Shown here piece after piece: positions 42,525 through 55,991 of a DNA stretch of 64,000 bases (its first letter is position 1; every line of letters begins with the position of its first letter). The position numbers and the translations under genes were made by a program. This stretch comes from the human T2T-CHM13v2.0 reference genome, Homo sapiens. The stretch lies in the NCBI RefSeq assembly GCF_009914755.1, contig NC_060925.1; one strand, 5' to 3'. The notes under the pieces were generated by a model. It made no database searches and was not told the DNA's origin. It was given only the letters and a program-made list of their open reading frames with translations.

Positions 42525-43400
42525 ACAGCTTTATTGAAGTATATTGATATAACAAAGTATATTTAAAGTGTTCAGTTTGATACACACATATACACATAGA
42601 TACACCTATTTAAAAACCCATCACCACAACAGACAAAGGACATATTCATCATACCCAAAAGTTTCCTCATGTAGCCCCTCCCTCCCAGTCTTCCTTACCT
42701 CTCCACCCCACCAGGCAACCCCTGATATGCTTTATGTAACTATACATTAATTTGTATTTCCTAGAATTTTATATAATTGGAATCACACATTGTATATTCT
42801 GTTTTATCTGGCTTCTTTCACTCAGCAAAATTATTACGAGATTCACTGACGTTGTAGCATGTATCATTAGTTCATTCCTTTTATTACTGAGTAGTATTCA
42901 ACTGTAGGGATACACCAGTGATTTTACCCATTCCCTTATTGATGAACATTTTGGTTGTTTCTAGATTTTGGCTATTGCAAATAAAGCTGCTATGAACATT
43001 CATGTACAAGTCTTTGTATGGACATATGCTTTAATTTCTCTCCCATAAATACCTATAAATGGAATGGCTGGATCAAGTGAAAGATGTATATTTCACTTTT
43101 TAAGAAACTGCAAACTTTTTCCAAAATGATTGTACCATTTTACATTCCCACCAGTGCGTATGAGAGTTCCAGTTCCTCTGCTTCCTCACCAACAGTTGGT
43201 AGGTCAGTTTTTTTAAATTTAGTCATTCTTATAGATGTGGAGTATGGTATCTCATTATGGTTTTAATTTGAATTCCCTTAATACGTAATGATGTTGGGCT
43301 TCTTTTCATGTATTTATTTGCCATCTGTGTATCTTTTTCATGAAATGTTTGTTCAGATCTTTTGCCTATTTTTATTGGATTGTGTGTTTTCTTATTATGG
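42525..43400 (-). mobile_element. L1M (L1MB/MC-like) 3' region
   Basis: gctttattgaagtata..., ctggcttctttcactcagca, tacattcccaccag, gtatctcattatggttttaatttg L1 motifs. Confidence 0.85.
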
Positions 43401-43762
43401 TATTTAACTTGTCACTGTTAGGATACATTTCAAAAATCCTGACCAAGTTCTAACAGTAGAATGTGTCAGTAAATGCTCAGTTTAAGTAAAATGTCACATT
43501 GCAAACTAACTACCAGGGTGTGGCCCAGCAATCTTAAGTACTTTCCCTGGAAGTTTCTGTAATATGCAGAACACTTTCAATTGAAATAAATGCTGTTAAG
43601 GAGGTCAACTCAACCTTTCCAAATTTTTATTAATTAAAAGCAGTTGTTGGAGAGTTGTAGAAAAGTATTTTTTCACAGAGGCAAATTTGTGGGTCATATT
43701 GCCATACATCTTGCCACGAAAATAATAACATAAAGTGTTTTGAAGAATTCACCCTGTAAATC

Positions 43763-44301
43763 TGTCAGAGGCATGTGAACCAAAGCAACTCCATCTTGAA
43801 TAGGGGCTAGGTAAAATAAGGCTGAGACCTGCTAGGCTGCATTCCCAGACGGTTAAGGCATTCTAAGTCACAGAATGAGTTAGGAGGTCAGCACAAGGTA
43901 CAGGTCATAAAGACTTTGCTGATAAAACAGGTTTCAGTAAAGAAGCCAGCCAAAACCCACCAAAACCAAAATGGCGGCAAGAATGACCTCTGGTCGTCCT
44001 CACTGCTACACTCCCACCAGCGCCATGACAGTTTGCAAATGCCATGGCAACATCAGGAAGTTGCCCTATATGATCTAAAAAAAGGAGGCATGAATAAGCC
44101 ACCCCTTGTTTAGCGTATCATCAAGAAATAACTATAAATAAGGGCAACCGGCAGCCCAAGGGGCTGCTCAGTCTGGAGTAGCCATTTTTTTATTCCTCCT
44201 AATAAACTTGCTTTCACTTTACAGACTCGCCCTGAATTCTTTCTTGTGTGAAATCCAAGAGCCCTCTCTTGGGGTTGGATCGGGACCCTGTTCCTGTAAC
44301 A
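43763..44301 (+). mobile_element. Solo ERV1 LTR, MER41A
   Basis: TG...CA ends; tgtcagaggc..tgaacca.agcaactccatcttgaatagg start; AATAAA in R; 4-bp TSD aatc/agtc; lacks the tandem-GAS segment of MER41B. Confidence 0.85.
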
Positions 44302-44444
44302 AGTCCACAATGCCAGAGAATTAAAGAGAACCACAAAGGTATGGATCAGTTATGGTAAAGGCAGAAGGGACCCTAAAAGGCTCAGAGGCTAAGGGACTTT
44401 TAAGCACCTGCTATGTGCTAAGCACTATTAGAGGCACATAACAG

Positions 44445-44606
44445 GCAGTGAGATCAAAATTCATCACCCAAATAGGGGCATTTTTGAGAGTGAAAGGGCA
44501 CTATTAATATTTTTTTGTTTCAGGCAGTCCTGATAAAGCCCCTTCATAGTGTGCTCATTTCACCCTCAAAAGTGTCCCGTTGAGATGCTAAATCACAGTC
44601 ACCCCA
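44445..44606. mobile_element. Two inverted MER81-like (hAT-Blackjack) half elements
   Basis: ggggcatttttgagagtgaaagggcactat and its inverted counterpart atagtg..tttcaccctcaaaagtgtccc. Confidence 0.55.
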
Positions 44607-44868
44607 CTTATAGGCATCACTTGCAATAACCCTATAATAATCAATATTATCTATTCCTACTTTATAATCAAAAACTAAGGTTTAGTATGGTACACAACTC
44701 GGTCAATATCAAACAGTTAACAGAGAGCAGAGTTGGGATTTGAAACCAGGCCTGGTTTAGAATGATTGCTCAAAAACCAACTTCCCAGACTCCTGAAGAA
44801 TCTGAAGTCACCCTTTTTTGAGGGGGGCAAGGGGGGATGCTTTATGGAATTTATTATAAAAATGCCCC

Positions 44869-45164
44869 TGGCCTGGTGCAGTGGCTCACACCTGTAATCC
44901 CAGCTCTTTGGGAGGCAAGCGGATCACATGAGGCCAGGACTTCGAGACCAGCCTGGGCAACATGGTGAAACCCCGTCTCTACTAAAAATACAAAAATTAG
45001 CCGGCAGGGTGGCACACACCTGTAGTCATAGCTACTCAGGAGGCTGAGGCGAGAGAATTGCTTGAACCCAGAGGTGCAGATTGCAGTGAGCCAAGATTGC
45101 ACCACTGCACTCCAGACTGGGAGACTGCACTCCAGCAGAGTGAGACTCTGTCTTAAAAAAAAAA
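44869..45164 (+). mobile_element. Alu with internal actgcactccag duplication
   Basis: Dimer consensus. Confidence 0.9.
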
Positions 45165-45264
45165 GCTCCTATCCTTTACATCTTTTTCTTTATAATAACA
45201 ACTTTGTATTGGATTTGGCAGTGATCCTTTGTTGTTGCCCATCTTCATTTGAAATCAGTTTTTC

Positions 45265-45405
45265 CAAAACACATGTGAGCAGCCGAATAGAAGAGATGCA
45301 TAGGATGAGGTATGGGAGAAGGGGAGCAGAACTGCCACGGCCTCTCTGTCACGCCCCACTTCAGGAACCTTCATGGGTTCAGCTACCTGGAAGCTCCCTG
45401 AAATT
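45265..45405 (-). mobile_element. Old LTR fragment (MER21/LTR40/MER77-like)
   Basis: gaagagatgcataggatgaggtatgggagaagggg...gttcagctacctggaagctccctgaa. Confidence 0.45.
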
Positions 45406-46479
45406 GCTCTTGTAAGGTACATTTGCTCCTTTTTCCCCTCCCTTTGGAGAGTGCTCACCAGTTACTCCAGGTGATACTATTAGTACATCCATCGTGTGCC
45501 ACCTTTTCCACCAGAGGCAAGCATGTGGCGGACGTTTCAAAGGGATTACCTTATCCCCCACTAGGCCAAGTACTGGGCTCAAGGAGGCACATGACCCAAA
45601 CAAGGTCCACCGGAGTTCTTTATGATAAACAGATATGGAAGCTGAAAACGAAGTCAAACCGACTTAGACAAAAAGTGGACTTTAGTGGTTCATGTGACAT
45701 ACAAGTCAAGGAGATGTAGCATTGGGCATGGCTAGAGTCAAGGACTCAGTCAAAGGCATGACAAACCAGGGTGTCTCCACATACCTTTTCTCTTCTGCTA
45801 ACTCCCTCAGCCCTACCCACCAGGGGAGAAATTTACCACTGAAAGGTCCAGGTTTACATCCTAATCTTCTAAGTGAAAAACTTCCCAATGGTTCTAACAA
45901 AAGTCCCAGAATTGAGCCTCACTGTCACCTACATATTTCCATGCTAATCACTGCAGCTACCAGGAGGAAGGCACTGCTGGCAGGCCTGGGTATGTGCCTA
46001 AAGTAGGTGTGGAGGTAAGTTGGCAGCTCGGCCAGCACCACAGGAGCTGAGAGAGGGAAGACGCACAACCCCAAAGGAAAATGGGGGAAGAGATGCTGGC
46101 GAGGCAAATAAAGATGATGCCCACTGCACAAGCTCTTCTCTCTCCAGTCTGTATTGCAAGGCCGCTCACTTCCATGGCCTCTTTAGAGTCCCACACTTGA
46201 TTTTTTATCCGTTGTTTTTTATTTTATTTTTTTTATCTCGAGGGTTCCTAAACTTGTAAAAGCTTCAGATCCCTCAAAATCTGAAGGTATCCTACAAGAG
46301 AGTCACCCAGAATATCTACCTCCCTCTTCTCAATTTAGGAACCAAGTGTTGTCAGTTGCTCAACTACATTGCCTTTCGTCCACTCCCAACAGCTTGAAAC
46401 TGAGGTTCTTATTGCCACAAAATGGCATCCTGCCCCTAGCCTTTTTCTCCTGATTCATCTCCAAAGCCTTACAGCAGGG

Positions 46480-47010
46480 CAGTTCCTTTAAAAATTAAAA
46501 ACACTATTACCATAGACCTCTAGGAATATACCCAACCTAACTGAAAGCAGGGTCTGAAAGAAATGCTTGTATACCTTTGTCCACCAAGATGTGGAAGCAA
46601 CCTGTGTCCATCAGTGGGTGAATGAGAAAACTAGAAGTGGTATATACATGCAATGGAATATTATTTCCTTAAAAAGGAAAAAATTCTGACATATACTGTA
46701 ACAAAGATGAACGCTGAGAACATTATGCTAACTGAAATAAACCAGTCACAACAGGATAAATACGGTGTGATTCCATTCTACTATACTATATGGTATTCCG
46801 AATACTGCATGATTCAGCTAGAGGATGAAGAGACCAGGTAGTGGGGAGTTACCATTTAATAGCTACAGAGCTTCAGTTTTGCAAGATGAAAAAAGTTCTA
46901 TGGTGGTGATGGTAGCACAACAGTGTGAATATACTTAATGCCACTGAACTGTTCACTGAAAAATGGTTAAGATAATAATTTTTATGTGTATTTCACCACA
47001 CTTTTTAAAA
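46480..47010 (+). mobile_element. L1M 3'-end fragments
   Basis: tgtccatcagtgggtgaatg, aatggaatattatt, gcacaacagtgtgaatatacttaatgccactgaactg. Confidence 0.75.
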
Positions 47011-47019
47011 ATCTGATGC

Positions 47020-47900
47020 CTCAATAGCTTTTCTAAATATGCATGGGATCATAACTACCTTACTTAAAAGTCTAGTGGCTCTTCATTTGGCCACGGGCCA
47101 AGCCCAAGCTCTTTGACTTACAGAGTCGCTATAATGATAATTTTTAAAAATCATGTATGCAAAGCACTTAATTATGCCCCAGTGCCTGACACAGGGTAAT
47201 TTCTCAATCATTGGGTGTTATTAGCATGCTTATTACTAAGACTATTATCTGGCCTCTCCCTGCCTCTCCAATCTTGTCTTCTGTCACTTCCAACCTTGTG
47301 CTTTAATTCTAGAAACAGCCCTGAATTGGCCACGCTGTTTCACACTTAGGTATCTTTGAATACGTTGTTTTCTCTGCTTCTATTTGTTAACATTTATCCT
47401 TCAAAATTGGATTCAGATATCACCTTTCCCAGAAGGCTTCCTTGTCTCACAAACCTCCGTGAGATTTATTCAGCCCCTTTTCTATTTGTCCTTTCTATTT
47501 TGTAAATGTTCCTATTGTTGCTGCTGACACAGTGTCATGTAATTTATTTGTTTACATGCCCCTTTCTAGACTGAGAGTAGATTTAGGGCAGGAAACTATG
47601 TCTTCTTCACTGCATCATTCCCTAGGATCTTATATTGAATCTGGCATAAAGTAGATGGTCAACAATTGCTTGCCTGATGAATAATATGATGAGCACTTAG
47701 TCATTTTTACAAATCTTATCCCATTTAATATTCAAAATTACAATTAGAAGGAAATATTATTGTCCTCATTTTTTTTTTTAGAGGAAGAAACCGAGGCTTA
47801 GAGAGGTTAGTGACTTGTTTAAGGTCACAAAGCACTAAGATCAGAACTAGAGCTTAGGTTTTTTTTTTCTGCTTCTGAAACCTATGTTTTTCTTGGCACA
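47020..47900 (-). mobile_element. Degraded L2 and MIR fragments
   Basis: L2 3' motifs (agggcaggaaactatgtc...ctggcataaagtagatg) and MIR core (gaggaagaaaccgaggcttagagaggtt). Confidence 0.5.
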
Positions 47901-48259
47901 TTAAGTCATTATAATCTATAGTTTCCTCAGACAGGAAGTGTAAAGAACACAGAAAAGCAAGAATTAAATTCTGGGGTGGCTCAGAAATTTGGAGAAAAAG
48001 AAAAAGCAAGTAAAATCACAAACAAGTACAAAGAATACTAAAATGAACTCAGCAAACAAGGAAGAAGAAAGTTTTAAGGAAAAAGCTGAACAAACATACA
48101 ACGTAAATGCAGAAAGGAAAAGAGCCTTTTATTTTTTCAGTATGGTCCTTCTCATGGAGAAGCCTCAAGCCACAGCTCCAGTAGAAATCACATTCTGGGG
48201 TAAGGAAGGGAAGAGTCAGTGAAGAAATGGAGGGAGCAGATTTAGAAAACCGTGTTTAA

Positions 48260-48524
48260 GGCCAGGTGGCAGTGGCTCATCTCTGAAATCCCAGCATTTC
48301 GGGAAGCCAAGGCAGGTGGATCACTTGAGCCCAGGAGTTTGAGACCCACCTGGGCAACATGGTGAAACCCCATCTCTACTAAAAATACAAAAATTAGCCA
48401 GGCATGGTGATGTGTGCCTGTAGTCCCGAGGATTGCTTGAGCCAAAGATGTCAAGGCTGATTGAGCAGTGATCCTGCCACTGCACTCCAGCCTGGGCGAT
48501 GGAGTGAGATCCTGTCTCAAAAAA
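48260..48524 (+). mobile_element. Alu (AluJ-like, internal deletion)
   Basis: Dimer missing part of the right arm. Confidence 0.85.
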
Positions 48525-49740
48525 CTAGAAAGAAAGAAACCAGTGGAAGGAAGCTGAGAAGGGGGCAGTCCTTAACAAGTAGATAGCTGGGTTGAGAGAA
48601 GCAAAAGCGAATTTATAGGGTTTCTAAAGGCAGGGGCCAGGAAAGCTGAAGAGGTGAGAGTTCTGGGGGTGGAAGGGGCTGGCAGGAGCTGAGGGAGTGA
48701 AGTGCTCATTCTGGACATGAGGAAGGAAGACAGACCACCTCTCCCTTTGAAACTCCTCCTGCCACTTTCTCTTTCTCATGATAGCTGTCCTTCCTCTCCT
48801 CATTCCCATATTCATTTATTCTCACTCTCTCTCTCTTTCTCTGTGTGTGTGTGTGTACGTTGTTTCTTCTCTCTCCTTGCCTTATTCCTGCTTGAAACAA
48901 TTGGGAATACCTCACTAATTTTATCTATTGTCGTTCAGGTTCAAAGACATTGCTGATTCTCTAAATTTGGTGTTAACAATAAAACACAGTGTTTTGACAG
49001 CAGCCACAGGACTTGGCAGTCCCAAAAGGGAATTCTGGAAGAGAGGAGAGGCCTCAGTCAGGGTTGTCTTTTTCTGGAGTTCATAACCTTCACAAGACTT
49101 TTATGCAATTATTTTTGTGTGTGTATGTACTCACCTACATTTTTAGGGAATAGGATTCTACTACATTTATTTATTGTCAAAGGGAAGGAGGATCAGAAAG
49201 GTTCCAGGCCCCACTGCCTTTTATAATACCTCTATCAAATACAGGTGCTCAGTTTTAGCTTCTTTATGATAATTTGTGTTCTTGATTTCGATAAGGATAC
49301 AGCTTAAAAGCTTTTATTCGTAAGAAGTAGGGTTAACATCAAGAATCTCAACTCAGCAATCTTTTGAAATGCAGAATGACTCACATTCCAGTGTCACATT
49401 CCAGTCTTTGTTGCTTATCAAAAACCTTAGATAATTTAAGATGGTATCAAAATACTAATGCAGTTTAATTCCTTTGTAAACAGTGTTCACTCTGAAACGT
49501 CCCTATTGAAATGCAATTCCTTTCACTAGTTGAGGCAGTGGGAATAAAGTGTATTAATGGTCTAAATTTCATCACGTAGCACTGTTCTGACAAAGAAAAT
49601 TATTTGCAGATTATGCTGAAAGTTGCTTAGCACCTGTTTCTTAAAATAAATGTGTTTACTTTTTGGTAGTGAAGACGCTTGGAAAATAGGCATTTATTTC
49701 CATAGTATTAAAAGCATTGGCCAACTGTAATGGTTCCCAG

Positions 49741-49916
49741 GGGGAGGATCACTTGTGGTCAGGAATTCAAGACCAATCTGGGCAACATAGCAAGACCCCA
49801 TCTCTACAAAAAATTTAAAAATTAGCCACACAGTTACAGTGAGCTATGATCATGCCATTTCACTCCAGCCTGGGCAATAGAACAAGACTCTGTCTCTATA
49901 AATAAATAAATAAATA
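49741..49916 (+). mobile_element. Alu fragment with (TAAA)n tail
   Basis: Partial left arm fused to 3' end. Confidence 0.8.
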
Positions 49917-50096
49917 CACTAATATAGTAAGCAGAAAACTCAAGTAACATAATTTTTTTGTTAAGTTCCCATTAGATGACTCACTTCAGGAGGGCAGGAA
50001 CCATTCTGTTCGACATTGTATTCCCCACACTTTATACATAGTAATCATTCAATAAATGTTTATCTTGTTAAAATAATTAATTGGGAAGCATTCTGC

Positions 50097-50413
50097 TGAG
50101 ACTGTACCAGTGCCTCAGGTTCCAACACAAGCAAACTAAAACCCAACTCAATGTAAGCACTAAAATGAAACAAACTTAACCAGTTAGAAATGACCAACTA
50201 ACTTCTAGATGAGGCCAAAGGGACTTTTCACCTTAACCTAATTTTTTTTTTTTTTTTGGCCTTGCTTTCACAAACACCTTATAAATGTTTCACCTCATGC
50301 TCCCTGGGTGGAATGCTAAACCCCTTGCCGCCTGGTACTGCCCAATTCATGAATTGCTCTCTCCCCAAATAAACTCTGTAACATTTTCATGTGCCTAAGT
50401 ATATCTTTTAACA
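50097..50413 (+). mobile_element. ERV1 LTR fragment (MER57/MER93/LTR54 group)
   Basis: tataaa...ctgcccaattcatgaattgc...caaataaactc...ttttaaca R/U5 pattern. Confidence 0.55.
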
Positions 50414-51370
50414 ATCTAATCAATGAATATAAAATAACAAGTTGATAACAATATCATATCATGCTCTAAAGCATCTTCAGAGGTATATCATTTGGTGAAC
50501 TTTATTTCATGAAATTGACTCATTAACTGTTTGTTGAGAGCCAGTCCTGCATAGGGCTCTTCCAGGCCCTGGGAATACAATCGTAAATGAGAGGGTTAAG
50601 ATCCTTCCTTAGGAGCTTTTGGTCTAGTAGGGGATGGGTTACAGGCCATAGTCAAGCAATAGCATAAGGAAGATTATTTCAGGGAGTCAAGAGCACTGTG
50701 AAGATAGTGAATGGATACTATGCCGGGGAGTGTGTGTGCTGCTTGAGAGAGGGTGTCTGGGGAGGAGGTGATGTTCAAGCAGAGATGTGAATGTTGAGAG
50801 GATAAGGGAGAAATGCATTGCTGGCAGAGGGTGTCGTCAGGGCAAGTGTATTGAGAGAATCAGCTTGAAACAGAAAGAAACAGAAGTGGCTGGGGGCATT
50901 GAGCAAGTGGGAGAAGGATGAAGTGGGAAGGGTAGGCAGAGATCAGATGAAGCAGGGTTTTGAAGGCTATGAGGATTTTGGCCTGAAAGGAGGAACAATG
51001 AGGATCTGTGATCCTGAAAAACCCATCTGTCTTTATTTTCTGAATTAAAGGTTAAAATAAGACCAGATTAGTTAAGTATTGAGGTGATTTAGAAATAGAA
51101 ATTCTTGAATGGTGCATCTAATAACTCACCTGAAAAATAAAATTAGGTAGGTGGGCACATTTTCCAGCCATTTTAGATAAATAAGCACTGATTATAATAC
51201 TTGCTCAACTGAGAGCTTTATGATTCAGAGAAGGAATGTGGTCAACATAATAGGAAAGAATTTTTCCATTCTTTTTTGTGTATTTAGAATTGGCCACTAT
51301 ACTAGTTTCCATTTCTTTCTCCAACTTTGCATTCTAAATAGTTTGGATCATGATCACAAATTAAAATAAA

Positions 51371-51392
51371 TATATATATATATATATATATA
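51371..51392. repeat. (TA)11 microsatellite
   Basis: Direct reading. Confidence 0.9.
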
Positions 51393-51607
51393 TTTTAGCC
51401 TCACCTAAAAGTTTTTTTCTTTCAAAAATATTTTTAGAGAAACTGCTTTGTAAACTGATTTGAGCAATTTTTGCTTTCAGTTCTCAGCTTGAAGAGGATA
51501 TGGGTGTGATTTATAGGCATTATTCCAAATGCCAAAAAAAAAAAATCATTTTCAGCTGTTAAAATTTTCCTTTGAATTGCCTGGTTTTACTGTTGTCTTA
51601 CCAGAAA

Positions 51608-51982
51608 TGCTGTGGTCTGACTGTGTCTTCCAAAATTCATGTTGAAACTTAATCTCCAATGCAATAGTATTAAGAGCTGGGGGTCTTTAGGAGGTGATTA
51701 GGCCATGAAGGCTTCTCTCTCATGAATAGGATTGAGGCCCTTATAAAAGTGGCTTCACACAGAGTTCAGCCCCTTTTGCTCTTCTGCTTTTCTGTCATGT
51801 AAGAACACAGCAACAAGCTGCCATCTTGGAAGCAGAGAACAGCCTTCACCAGATATATACTGAGCCCCCCGGCAACTTGATCTTGGAGTCCCAGCCTCCA
51901 GAACTGTGAGAAATAAATTCCTATTGTTTATAAATTACCCAGTCTCAGATATTTTGTTATTGTAGCATAAATGGACTAAAAC
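51608..51982 (+). mobile_element. MaLR solo LTR (MST/MLT1A-like)
   Basis: tgctgtggtctga...cagcctccagaactgtgagaaataaat...ggactaaaaca. Confidence 0.8.
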
Positions 51983-52067
51983 AAGGAAAAAAAGAAACAG
52001 GAAAAAAAAAACTTCAAGAAACTTAGCTACTTAATTATTTTCAGAAAGTATAATGGTTTTATATATA

Positions 52068-52509
52068 CAGTTGATTCTTGAACAACATGGGTTTTTTAAC
52101 TGCATGCATCCACTTACACATGTGGATTTTCTTCTGCCTCTGCCACTCTTGAGACAGCAAGACCAACTCCCCTTCTTCCACCTTCCCAACCTACTCAATG
52201 TGAAGATGATGAAGATGAAGACCTTTGTCATGATCCACATCCACTTAATAAATGGTAAATATATTTTCTCTTCCTTATAATTTTCTTAAGGACATTTTCT
52301 GTTATTTAGCTTTCTTTATTATAAGAATATAGTATATAATGTACATCGCATACAGAATATATATTAATTGACTACATTGTTGGTAAGAACTTCAGGTCAA
52401 CACTAGGCTATTAGTAGTTAAGGTTTTGGGGAGTCCAAAGTGATGCATGGATTTTCAACTGCACAGGGGGTTCACACTCCAAATCCCCATGTTGTTCATG
52501 GATCAATTG
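52068..52509 (+). mobile_element. Tigger2a-like Tc1/mariner non-autonomous element
   Basis: TIRs cagttgattcttgaacaacatgg / ccatgttgttcatggatcaattg; TA TSD on both sides; 442 bp. Confidence 0.85.
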
Positions 52510-52859
52510 TACATATGATTTATTTCCCTCTGACATCGTGTTCTCTGGAACATATTCTTAATGAAAGTTTTGAAATACAGTAGGCAGTACAGGGTAGAAG
52601 TTAAGAAAACAGCCTTGAGTTTGTCTGCTGTGGACCTTAGGTAGATTATTTACATGATCTTTGTAAGCTTCAGCTGTTTCATTTGTAAAATAAGGTTGTG
52701 TGGGATTTAAATGATAATATGTTATTATTTCTAAATATATCTTCCCAAGGTGAAATTAAACTTGCTTTAAAAAAAACTGTGAGCTAACTACACGTATTTT
52801 CTTCATATTTTATCCAGTCTGTAGTATTCTGTTATAGCAACAGAAAGATGAAGTTTACT

Positions 52860-53161
52860 GCCGGGAGCAGTGGCTCATGCCTGTAATCCCCAAACTTTGG
52901 GAGGGCGAGGCAGGCGGATCACTTGAGATCAGGAGTTCAAGATCAGTCTGGCCAACAGGGTGAAACCCTGTCTCCATTAACAATACAAAAAAAAAAGTAG
53001 CCAGGTGTGGTGGCACACACCTAGAACCCCAGCTACTCGGGAGGCTGAGGCATGAGAATCTCTTGAACCCAGGAGGCGGAGGTTGCAGTGAGGCAAGATC
53101 GTGTCATTGCACTCTCCAGCCTGGGTGATGACGTGAGACACTGTCTCCAAAAAAAGAAAAA
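52860..53161 (+). mobile_element. Alu
   Basis: Full dimer. Confidence 0.9.
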
Positions 53162-53169
53162 GACTAATT

Positions 53170-53468
53170 TTAGTTAGCTCATGGTTCTAGAAGCTGAGAA
53201 GTCCAAGAGGATGGTGCTGGCATCTGGTGAGAATCTTTTTGCTGTGTCATAACATGGCAGAGGGCATCACATGGCAAGAGAGCAAGAACATGCATGTCAG
53301 CTCACATCTCTCTTCCTCTTCTTGTAAAACCACTAGTCCCATCATAGAGGCCACACCCTGATAACTTTAATCCAAATTACCTCCCAAAGGCCCCTACCTT
53401 CATCAACATATACATTGGGGAATTAAGTTCCCAACATGAAATTTGGGGGACACATTCAAACCATAGCA
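53170..53468 (-). mobile_element. MaLR LTR fragment (MST-like)
   Basis: gctcatggttctag..gaagtccaag..ctggcatctggtgag...gacacattcaaaccatagca. Confidence 0.75.
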
Positions 53469-53567
53469 CTAACACTAACTCTCAGTTATTTATCTTATAC
53501 CCCAGTTATTTGTGTATTCTTATCTTGGCATGTATGAGTTAAACCACCGTTAGTTATTATCACATGA

Positions 53568-54443
<876 letters not shown>

Positions 54444-55991
54444 GCATAGTATCTTAAATCCATGGGATAGGGATTATATCTTATATCTGTTCCTTACTTG
54501 TTCCTAACTGAGTTCTGAATACAAAGCAGGTGTCCATTTATTATTTATAAGTTAAGATTACAATGTTACCTCCTGAGGACTGCTGAGTCATTTATACAAC
54601 CATCCAAAAGACTGGTTAATACGTAACTTAAAAAGTTGCTGGCTCCTTCAGATGTAAGCCAAAAATACAGTTCTAGTCTGCGTCAGCCCACAAAGGATGA
54701 ACAAAGGTTGGCAAGTGCTGCTCTTAAAATGCACACATCTTTTTATCCAATTTAGTCATTCAACAAATATCTGTTGAGTGTCTACTGTGTACCAGGTTCT
54801 GTCCTAGACTCTGAAGAGACAGCAGCGAGACAGACAAAGTCCATGCCTTGAAAGTCATGATTTTCTCTGCTTGAGTTTTATCATCTGAACTAATTCAGAA
54901 AAAGTCAAAACGATTGTTCTTAGGTCTTTTACTTAACCAGAACCACACGGGCCCAAGGACAGCTGCACAATCAGCCTTGCCTTTCTATTACGGAACATAC
55001 CTGTGCTTCCAGAATAAACTCCAAACATCTAACTGTACAAAGTCTTCTTCACATAGAATGTCTCACTGACAACTAGGTTGGCAAAAAGGGCTCTCAAATT
55101 CCATGTTCTAGTCAGTGGCCTGCTTTTAGTAATTCAGTAAAGCAGCTGTATCCAGAAAACCTTTTTTTCTATGGTCCTCTTTCTGTCTTACTGTCTTACC
55201 TGGCTCCCTCTCACCGAGCTGATCAGTCATCTTCTCCAGGAAGCCTCCTTTGTCCTGCTACTCCGTCTGGGTAAATACACACTTCTGGGTTCCCATGACT
55301 TTTAGTTTTTAATCTATATAATAGAATTTAATGCCCTGTATTACAATTGACTGTGTATGCTCCTTAGATTTAAAGACTAATTCTTTTATTACTGTGATGA
55401 CTGTAATAAAAGAAAAAAAGTAAGAAGAAAGGGAGGGTGTGTGGTGACATTGATAAGAATTCTCTCCAGAGCCCATTTTTTAGAGTCAGATCCATTTGTG
55501 TCAAACCCAGCAACACCAATTATTAGTTGTGAAGCTTTGAGCACGTTACTTATCTCAGTTGGGTCTCTTGACCCTGGCACTAATCATTTGCTTAATGAAA
55601 GAATAGTAATCATTATTAGAGGCTTGATTAATTATGATAGCATGACTCTGTGCAGGCACTGTTTTCAGCACTTTTTACAAATTTCCCTATAACCTAACAT
55701 AACCCTGTGAGGTGAGTAATGTTATATCCCTTCCATAGATAAAAATGAATAAACTGTGGCCCAGAGAGGGTGACCTGCCCAGGTTAGTCAGAGGGGTTCC
55801 AGGGTCCATTCACTTAACTATTACACTCTAGTTGCTGGCTGCAAGGGAGAATAGGGGAAGAGAGACAAGGATGAGCTCAAAGAACCCCCTGCTTCCATCA
55901 AGAAAAGCGTCCTTCGCCACTCTCATTTCATTTACTGGGAATTATCCTGCCAATACCCCAGAAGTGCCGGTCTTCAGTCTAACATTCCTTC

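Noticed and set aside
46012-46020. Strong + strand donor GAG|gtaagt (also CAG|gtgaga at 63908) as possible lncRNA exon ends
   Set aside because: No matching acceptor or exon can be established from sequence alone
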